Assembly (NCBI GenBank): GCA_035698305.1
Contig: DASSBX010000238.1
Span: 1 to 35,792, forward strand
DNA: 35,792 nt
Reading direction: 5' to 3'
Source of the DNA: Miltoncostaeaceae bacterium
GTDB taxonomy: Bacteria > Actinomycetota > Thermoleophilia > Miltoncostaeales > Miltoncostaeaceae
Shown here: positions 29,751-35,792 of the stretch, one piece after another
How positions within the stretch are numbered: the first letter of the stretch is position 1
Layout: the number at the start of each line of letters is the position of its first letter
The notes under the pieces: generated by a model
Told to the model about the DNA's origin: nothing
Seen by the model: only the letters and a program-made list of their open reading frames with translations
Database searches by the model: none
Made by a program: the position numbers and the translations under genes

Positions 29751-29779
29751 CGACCCGGCCCCGAGTGGGGGGCCGGGTC
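29751..29779. other. 12-bp perfect stem-loop between dctP and dctQM (mRNA-stabilising or attenuating hairpin)
   Basis: cgacccggcccc-gagtg-ggggccgggtcg. Confidence 0.6.
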
Positions 29780-29827
29780 GACGTGGTGTCAGTCACCGCC
29801 CGCGTCCCTGCGGGCTCCGGGGCGAGC

Positions 29828-30937
29828 CTACCCTGCGGGCGGGACGCACTCCCCGGTCTTCTTGGTGGGCAGCGCCGGCGGCGCCGGGGGCTGCCCCATC
29901 CCGTCCTTGACGGACTGGATCTGGGACACGAAGTCCTGGCTCTCGGGGGCCAGCTGGTCGGTCGCACCCGCCGCCGCCTTGTTCAGGGCGGCGAGGTCGT
30001 CGTCGGTGGCGGTCACGAACTGGACCCCGCAGTTCACGAGGTCCTGGGCGACCGTGCTGCCCGGCGCCGTGAAGATGTCGACCGAGGTCTTGGTGATGTT
30101 CGCGGCGGCGTCGTTCAGCGCCTGCTTCTGGTCGTCGGTGAGCCCGTCGTAGACGCCCTTGTTGATCGCGAGCACCGTCGGGAAGGGCCAGAAGTTGATG
30201 TTGCCGGTGATGAACTTGGCCTGCTCGTAGAACTTCTGGGTGTAGACCAGCGGCAGGTTCGCCTCGATGCCGTCGACGGTCCCGTTCTGGAGGGCCTGGT
30301 AGACCTCGGGCAGCGGCAGCGGGTCGGCGTTCGCCCCGATCGACTGGAGGCCCGCGGCGAGCACCTGCGACTGCGGGGCGCGGATCGTCTTGCCCTTGAA
30401 GTCGGCGAGGCTCGCGAGCTTGACCGTGCCGACCGGCTTGCGCAGGCCGCCCTCGTGGATCGCCAGGGCGACCAGGTCGCCCGCCTGCTGGTTCGCCTGC
30501 TCCAGCATCGACTTGCCGATGTCGCCGCCCTCGACCTCGAGGGCAAGCGGGTAGTTGGTGATCAGGAACGGCGCCTGCAGCGCCTGGAACGCGGTGATGT
30601 CGGCGGTGTCCCAGATGGCGGAGGAGATGGTCGCCATCGGCACGACGCCCGAGCGGACGTCGGCCAGCAGCTGGATCTCGCTCTGCGGGTAGGCCGGCTG
30701 CCCGCGCAGCGTCAGCGCGCCGGTGTCGTTCACCTCCTTGACGAACGCGTCGATCGCGATGCCGTACGGGTGCTGTTGGGTGGTGACGTACGCGACGTCG
30801 AGCGCGGTGCCGCCACCTCCGCCGGAGGTGTCGCTCGCGCCGCTGTCGTCGTCGTCGCCACACGCCACAAGCCCCAACGCCAGCGCGCCCGCCGCGGCTA
30901 CCGCGGCCAGGCGCCAGGTCCACCAGCGTCGTGTCAC
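29828..30937 (-). CDS. dctP: TRAP substrate-binding lipoprotein (DctP family)
   Basis: Lipobox LVAC, HPYG, APFL, DFKGKTIRAP, EVYQALQNGTVDGIE. Confidence 0.92.
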   Translation of the reverse strand: MTRRWWTWRLAAVAAAGALALGLVACGDDDDSGASDTSGGGGGTALDVAYVTTQQHPYGIAIDAFVKEVNDTGALTLRGQPAYPQSEIQLLADVRSGVVPMATISSAIWDTADITAFQALQAPFLITNYPLALEVEGGDIGKSMLEQANQQAGDLVALAIHEGGLRKPVGTVKLASLADFKGKTIRAPQSQVLAAGLQSIGANADPLPLPEVYQALQNGTVDGIEANLPLVYTQKFYEQAKFITGNINFWPFPTVLAINKGVYDGLTDDQKQALNDAAANITKTSVDIFTAPGSTVAQDLVNCGVQFVTATDDDLAALNKAAAGATDQLAPESQDFVSQIQSVKDGMGQPPAPPALPTKKTGECVPPAG

Positions 30938-31000
30938 GTTCCTCGCCCCCTTGTCATGGCGGTTCAGGTGTCCCAGCGCCCGGACGCGCGAGACGGGGCG

Positions 31001-31031
31001 AACATACCGGAGCCGCGGCGGAGGTTGTCAA
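31001..31031 (-). promoter_or_regulatory. Candidate sigma70-type promoter for the TRAP operon (TTGACA-N19-TATGTT)
   Basis: Perfect -35 hexamer and a -10-like hexamer on the minus strand; the spacer is longer than usual. Confidence 0.45.
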
Positions 31032-31124
31032 CATCGGCACGAAGTCCGTCCCATTCTACGCAACCCCGCATGGCCAGAGGGATCTGCCCACCGCCGACCC
31101 CCCTGGTGCAGGGGGCCGGACGCG

Positions 31125-31153
31125 TTGACGCCCATGGGTACGTGACATATGCT
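31125..31153 (+). promoter_or_regulatory. Sigma70-type promoter for the ADC-like gene pair (TTGACG-N17-TATGCT)
   Basis: Near-consensus hexamers with a 17-bp spacer, 124 nt before ATG 31278. Confidence 0.7.
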
Positions 31154-31277
31154 GCTTTCCATCGCCAGCCGGTTCGCGGCCCTCCTCCGGCCACCCAACA
31201 CGGGGGTGGGGGACGTCCCCGAGCGGCCTGGCGGTTCGTGTGCAGCTGCCCTTTCCGAATAAGGGGGAAGACCGTCT

Positions 31278-32303
31278 ATGGGCGAGCAGTTCGCCGTGAC
31301 GCAGATTCCGGGTGCTGAGACGGGCGAGATCCCGCCCTCTCCTGTCGATCGTGATGAGAAGACCGCGTTCATTTACTCGCTGGTCGACCCGATCTGGGAC
31401 ATCGACACCCTCCCGCTGACCTACACCAACTCGCGGTGGTCAGCATTCTTCTACCGCGCCGATGAGAAGCAGCTTCGGCGCGTGCTCCCCGACTGCCTTG
31501 AGCTCGAGGACGACATCGTCGAGTTCTGGTACGTCGACCACAACCACACCATGCTCGGCCCGTACGGCGAGATGGGTGTGACCGTGGCCGCCAGCCACAA
31601 GGCCGGGGATGGTCGGACGCTCTACGCCGGCTACTACCCGTACATGTACCTGACCCAGGACGCCGCGATCGACGCCGGTCGCGTGCTCGGCTTCCCCAAG
31701 AAGGAAGCCTTCATCCGCGTGCTCGAGCACGGCGGGGCGCCTGACGACGGCTACGGCGTGTACGACGGCAAGAACTACCAGTTCGACTACTTCTCGTTCC
31801 TGATGATCCGGAACGGGTACGTGATCCACTCCGCCACCGGCAAGTACGACGACGCCGACCTCTCCGCGAAGCCGAAGTTCTACGGCAACACGGAGTACGG
31901 CCGGATGAACATGAAGGTCGTCACCGCGCCGGACATCTCCAGCTCCGAGTGGCAGCTCGTGTACCTGCCCTCGCTGGTGACCAAGGACCTCGCCACGGCG
32001 ATGGGCCGCCCGGACTCCGAGGGTTCGCACCGCTTCCAGGTGAAGCCCGAGTCGATCCGGACCGCCAGCCCGGCGAGCATCAACTGGTTCATGCAGGCCA
32101 CGCCGTACGACAACCTCGGGCACGAGCTTCCGCCCAAGGAGATGATCGGCCTGATGACCTTCAGCTTCGACCTGATCATCCCGGCGGGCGAGGTCCCCTG
32201 GACCGAGACCTACACCCGGGACGCGACCTGGGCGGGCGCGGCAAAGCCGTACCGCTTCGGCCTGCGGCACCGCTTCCCGAAGCCCATCGGCCTCGGCGCG
32301 TAG
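31278..32303 (+). CDS. Acetoacetate decarboxylase-like superfamily protein, paralog 1
   Basis: LRRVLPDCLE, GPYGEMG, YYPYMYLTQDAAIDAGRVLGFPKK (Schiff-base Lys motif). Confidence 0.78.
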   Translation: MGEQFAVTQIPGAETGEIPPSPVDRDEKTAFIYSLVDPIWDIDTLPLTYTNSRWSAFFYRADEKQLRRVLPDCLELEDDIVEFWYVDHNHTMLGPYGEMGVTVAASHKAGDGRTLYAGYYPYMYLTQDAAIDAGRVLGFPKKEAFIRVLEHGGAPDDGYGVYDGKNYQFDYFSFLMIRNGYVIHSATGKYDDADLSAKPKFYGNTEYGRMNMKVVTAPDISSSEWQLVYLPSLVTKDLATAMGRPDSEGSHRFQVKPESIRTASPASINWFMQATPYDNLGHELPPKEMIGLMTFSFDLIIPAGEVPWTETYTRDATWAGAAKPYRFGLRHRFPKPIGLGA

Positions 32304-32335
32304 GGTCTGACGACTCCAAAGGAGGAACGGAAAAG

Positions 32336-33352
32336 ATGGCGGAGCTGAACGTCACGAGCGTTCCGTGGATCGACTCCGGCGATGCGCCGCCGCTTGCCCT
32401 TGACCGGGACAAGCGCGACATCATCAGCCAGGGCATCGCGGACCCGCTGGTCGACTACGACATCGTCCCGCTGACCTACACCAACTCGCGGTGGTCGGCG
32501 TTCTTCTACCGGGTGGACGAGGCCGCGCTCCGGCGCATCCTCCCCAAGTGCCTGGAGCTTGAGGACGACGTCGTCGAGTTCTGGTACGTGGACCACCTGC
32601 ACACCGGTCTCGGCCCGTATGGCGAGATGGGTGTCACGGTGTCGGCCTCCTGCAAGGGTCAGGACGGCAACACGTACTACGCGGGCTACTACCCGTACAT
32701 GTACCTCACGCAGGACGCGGCCGTGTTCGCCGGCCGTGAGCCCTTCGGCTTCCCGAAGAAGATCGCCTACATCGTCACCCAGGAGCACGGTGGCAAGGAG
32801 GACGACGGTTACGGCGGCTTCGGGAACGACTACTTCAACTTCACGATGGAGCGTCGCGGCTACCTGATCCACACCGCGACCGGCCGCTACGACGACGCCG
32901 AGCTCCCCGCGAAGCCGAAGTTCTACGGCGACCCGCGCTACGGGCGGATGAACCTCAGGCTCATCACCGACCCGTCGCTGACGACGACGAAGTGGGATCT
33001 CACCTACCTCCCGTCCGAGGTCACCAAGGCCACCGCGGCGGCCATGGGCCGTCCGGAGACCGAGGGTCAGCACCGCTTCCAGCTGAAGCCCGAGTCGATC
33101 CGCACGGCCTCGGCCAACGCGATCCGCTCGTGGGCCCTCACGGCCACCCCGTTCGACAACCTCGGCGCCATGATGCCGGTCAAGGAGCTCATCGGCCTGA
33201 TGAGCTTCAACTTCGACCTCATCATCCCGGGTGCGGACACCATCTGGACGCAGACGATCGAGCGCACCGCCGAGGACATCGGCGACCTGCTCTTCGCCAC
33301 GCCGTACCAGTACACGATGCGTCACCGCTTCCCGAAGCCCCCGGGCGTCTAG
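32336..33352 (+). CDS. Acetoacetate decarboxylase-like superfamily protein, paralog 2
   Basis: AAGGAGG RBS, GPYGEMG, YYPYMYLTQDAAVFAGREPFGFPKK. Colinear with paralog 1. Confidence 0.8.
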   Translation: MAELNVTSVPWIDSGDAPPLALDRDKRDIISQGIADPLVDYDIVPLTYTNSRWSAFFYRVDEAALRRILPKCLELEDDVVEFWYVDHLHTGLGPYGEMGVTVSASCKGQDGNTYYAGYYPYMYLTQDAAVFAGREPFGFPKKIAYIVTQEHGGKEDDGYGGFGNDYFNFTMERRGYLIHTATGRYDDAELPAKPKFYGDPRYGRMNLRLITDPSLTTTKWDLTYLPSEVTKATAAAMGRPETEGQHRFQLKPESIRTASANAIRSWALTATPFDNLGAMMPVKELIGLMSFNFDLIIPGADTIWTQTIERTAEDIGDLLFATPYQYTMRHRFPKPPGV

Positions 33353-33382
33353 CCCACGCTTCAGAAGCACACGCTCGTCCCG

Positions 33383-33413
33383 CCGGCCGGGTCCCCCATG
33401 GGGGCCCGGCCGG
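33383..33413. terminator. GC-rich hairpin between convergent genes, likely an intrinsic terminator
   Basis: ccggccgggtcccc-cat-gggggcccggccgg (14-bp stem, one G:U) followed by aggtgttt. Confidence 0.65.
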
Positions 33414-33435
33414 AGGTGTTTCCGGGGCCGGTGGC

Positions 33436-33936
33436 CTAGGCGTCGAGGCGGGCGCCGGGCCCGCGGGGCGCCCACTCGCGGAAGGTCCTCAGCCGCTCCC
33501 GCAGCGCCTGGGGGGTGGCGCCGGCGGACTCCCACAGCAGCATCTCGATCACCTCGACCTTGCTGGTCCGCACCCCGTCACGGCGGAGGGCGTGGATGGC
33601 GTCGGCGAGGCCGTCGTCGAGGGGCTTGCGGACCCGGATCGCGAGGTTCACCGGCGGCAGGTCCGGCGCGAGGCGCAGCCGCCTCTCCCCCGCCTCCGGC
33701 GCCGTCCTGGTCCGCCTCGGCCGCGGCGCCGGCGTGGCCGGCGCCTCAGCGGCGGGGGCGGGGGCGGCGGCAGTGGCGGGGGTTGCCTCCGCCGCGGGGG
33801 CGTCGCCGCGGGGGCGGCGGCTCGGCGGCGGCTGGCGGGAGGCCCGCTCGATCCGCCGGCGCATCAGGTCGATGCCGCTCCCCTGGTCGGGGCTCCCCTG
33901 GTCGCTCGCCTGGTCGGGGCTCGCCTGGTCAGCCAC
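33436..33936 (-). CDS. ParA partner, putative type Ib centromere-binding protein (disordered N-terminus, C-terminal RHH-like domain)
   Basis: Overlaps the parA stop. Pro/Ala-rich linker, then VNLAIRVRKPLDDGLADAIHAL...SKVEVIEMLL (strand-helix-helix pattern). Confidence 0.62.
   Translation of the reverse strand: MADQASPDQASDQGSPDQGSGIDLMRRRIERASRQPPPSRRPRGDAPAAEATPATAAAPAPAAEAPATPAPRPRRTRTAPEAGERRLRLAPDLPPVNLAIRVRKPLDDGLADAIHALRRDGVRTSKVEVIEMLLWESAGATPQALRERLRTFREWAPRGPGARLDA
33877..33930 (-). repeat. Four 12-bp direct repeats GACCAGG(C/G)GAGC encoding DQAS/DQGS
   Basis: Copies at 33877-33888, 33892-33903, 33904-33915 and 33919-33930. Confidence 0.85.
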
Positions 33937-34705
33937 ACGCCACCTCCACGGACTCGGCCACCGCGCGGAGCTCGGCGGCGGCGGCGCGCACCCGCACGCC
34001 GGGGTTGGGTTGGGTCACCAGCGCCGACCGCCGCAGCCGCCGCCGCATCCACCGGTGCTCCGACACCGGCGGCGCCACCTGGATCCGCCCGCCGGCGAGG
34101 CCGGCGAGCCGCTCCACGAACCGCTTCGGCGGGACCGGCGGCACCATCGTCGGGGCGAGCAGCAGCCGGTAGTCGGCGAGGTCGGCGACGATCGCCTCGA
34201 GGGCGTCCATCTCACGCGCCCCGAGGACCACCGGCACCACCACCAGGTCCGCCACCTGCATCGCCCCGTCGGTGAGGGCGTTCGCCCCCGGATGGGTGTC
34301 CACCACCACGTAGGGGGTCTCCCACGCCGCCGCCCACGCCCCCAGGCAGTCGGCCACCAGGTCCGCGTCGATGCGGCTGGCGGCGAGGTCCGGGTGGGCG
34401 GGCACCAGCGGCGGCTGGTTGGGGCGCCGCTTGGGCCGCGGCGGCCGGCCGTCGGGGCCCCGCTCCAGCGCGTCGAGGAGGGGGGCCCGGGCCGCCGTGG
34501 CGGGGTCGAACCCCCACATGCGGGTCGCCCCGCCGGCATCCCAGTCCAGATCGACGAGCACCCCGCCGAGGGCGGCGGCGAGCTCGTAGGCGAGGGTGGT
34601 CTTCCCCACCCCGCCCTTCGCCGCCGCGACGGTGATGATCCGGCCGCGGTCCGCCGGGGCGGCATGCATGGCGTCACGCACCGGTGCCTGCGTGGTTGTG
34701 GTCAT
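33929..34705 (-). CDS. parA: ParA/Soj-family Walker-type ATPase
   Basis: Deviant Walker A KGGVGKTT, LVDLD, PLVPAH.DL, Walker B VVVDTHP, ADLVVVP. No N-terminal HTH. Confidence 0.9.
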   Translation of the reverse strand: MTTTTQAPVRDAMHAAPADRGRIITVAAAKGGVGKTTLAYELAAALGGVLVDLDWDAGGATRMWGFDPATAARAPLLDALERGPDGRPPRPKRRPNQPPLVPAHPDLAASRIDADLVADCLGAWAAAWETPYVVVDTHPGANALTDGAMQVADLVVVPVVLGAREMDALEAIVADLADYRLLLAPTMVPPVPPKRFVERLAGLAGGRIQVAPPVSEHRWMRRRLRRSALVTQPNPGVRVRAAAAELRAVAESVEVACG

Positions 34706-34753
34706 GGGGCAATGTTCGCAGCCACGCTCGGATGTCCTCCCGCACCCACCCCG

Positions 34754-34797
34754 GCATGGTGGCGTGGCGGCGCGGCTGCATGCATGCATGCGGGCCT
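34754..34797. repeat. Phased GCAT-like tetramer array upstream of parA; candidate centromere/operator
   Basis: gcat ggtg gcgt ggcg gcgc ggct gcat gcat gcat gcgg gcct. A further gcatgcatg lies at 34662-34670 inside parA. Confidence 0.55.
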
Positions 34798-34845
34798 ACG
34801 GTCCGGGGTGCTCCTGTGGGCGGGGTGGCCCCGGGCCGGGTGGGG

Positions 34846-35792
34846 TCAGGCGCCGGCGGCGCGGGCGAGGGGCCGGGGGGCCCTGCGGCCGGAGGCGCCG
34901 GCGGGGCGGTGGACGATCAGCTGCTGCCCCCAGCCGTCGTCGGTGGCGACCCGTTCCTTGGTGAAGCGGTAGCCGGTGCCGGGATGCCCGGCGATGGCGT
35001 CGCAGGCGCGCATGAGGGCGGCGACGTTGTCGCGCTCGCGGGCGCAGGTGGATCCGACGCTGGCGAAGAAGGCGGGGCCGAGCCAGTACGCCTGCCACTC
35101 CTCCCCGGCGTCGCCGGGCTCGAAGCGGTCGTTCTCCAGCAGCCCGAACAGCTTGCGGGCGATGGGGGGCAGGTCCCGCAGGACGTCCCAGTCGATGTAG
35201 ACGCCGGCCTCGTGGCGCAGCTGCTCGAGGAACCACGAGCCGAGGAAGATGTAGCCGAGCCGCTCGAGGCGGCCGTCGGACACCACCGGCCACAGGACGC
35301 GGTCGATGATCCCGAAGTGGTCCTCGTGGGTCTTGCGGCCGGTGGCGGAGTCGTTGACCTCCCCCTCCCACCGGGCCTCCTGGAGGTTGAGGAGCGTCCG
35401 CTTGAGGGCCTGGCGGGCGTTCTTGCCGGACTCCTCCCAACCGAAGTCGTGGAGCAGGCGGTACTGGGTGAACGGGACGGCGGACGCCCCGGGCTGCTCG
35501 AGCTGCAGCCAGCGGGACCCGAGCCACACGATCGCCATGTAGCCGTGGCGGCCGATGGGGGGGCCGGCGGTCTGGCGGATCGAGCCGAGGCGGTCGGCGA
35601 TCGCGACGCCGGCGGCCACCTCGAGGCCTTTGCGGGCGCTGGTGCGGTCGGCGAAGCCGTACTTGAGGGGCTGCTCGAGGCGCCGCAGGTGGTCGGGCTC
35701 GCAGAGGGCGAGCTGGGCCTCGGCGCCGCTGGCCTGGAGCTCGTCGGCGGGGCCGGCTGCGGCGGCGCGGGGGCGGGCGCCGGGGCGGGGCA
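34846..35792 (-). CDS. Putative plasmid replication initiator (RepA/TrfA-like winged helix); frame open to the window end
   Basis: VPFTQYRLLHDFGW..SGKNARQALKRTLLNL, FGIIDRV and YIDWDVLRDLPPIARKLFGLLE resemble Rep initiators. Co-oriented upstream of parA. No stop in frame up to base 35792. Confidence 0.6.
   Translation of the reverse strand, partial: PRPGARPRAAAAGPADELQASGAEAQLALCEPDHLRRLEQPLKYGFADRTSARKGLEVAAGVAIADRLGSIRQTAGPPIGRHGYMAIVWLGSRWLQLEQPGASAVPFTQYRLLHDFGWEESGKNARQALKRTLLNLQEARWEGEVNDSATGRKTHEDHFGIIDRVLWPVVSDGRLERLGYIFLGSWFLEQLRHEAGVYIDWDVLRDLPPIARKLFGLLENDRFEPGDAGEEWQAYWLGPAFFASVGSTCARERDNVAALMRACDAIAGHPGTGYRFTKERVATDDGWGQQLIVHRPAGASGRRAPRPLARAAGA

Noticed and set aside
33877-33930. 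CRISPR-like array
   Set aside because: Repeats are 12 bp with 0-3 nt spacers, lie in frame within an ORF, and no cas genes are present.

Overview
Very GC-rich, actinobacterial-style DNA (possibly Thermoleophilia-like; inference only) with about 36 genes. The right end carries a plasmid/chromid-type replication-partition module: a Rep initiator-like ORF running off the edge, parA, and a small putative RHH centromere-binding protein. GCAT tandem repeats lie upstream of and inside parA and recur 31 kb away inside an SDR gene, so the window probably belongs to a secondary replicon or integrated element. The cargo is a CoA-dependent catabolic region: acyl-CoA ligase, an HMGS-like/thiolase/DUF35 triad, SDRs, two ALDHs, GMC oxidoreductase, acyl-CoA dehydrogenase, a nitroreductase-fold protein, MaoC, aminotransferase, IclR, a MenB/BadI-like crotonase, a TRAP transporter and two tandem acetoacetate-decarboxylase-family paralogs. 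It also holds an F420 biosynthesis set (cofG, cofH with a decayed CofG-like N-terminal half, cofD-cofC-cofE plus fprA). Several proteins look like pseudo-enzymes (sirtuin, HMGS-like, N-terminal half of CofH). No rRNA, tRNA, CRISPR array or transposase was recognised. Functional calls come from remembered motifs, not database searches, and several start codons were re-assigned by eye.
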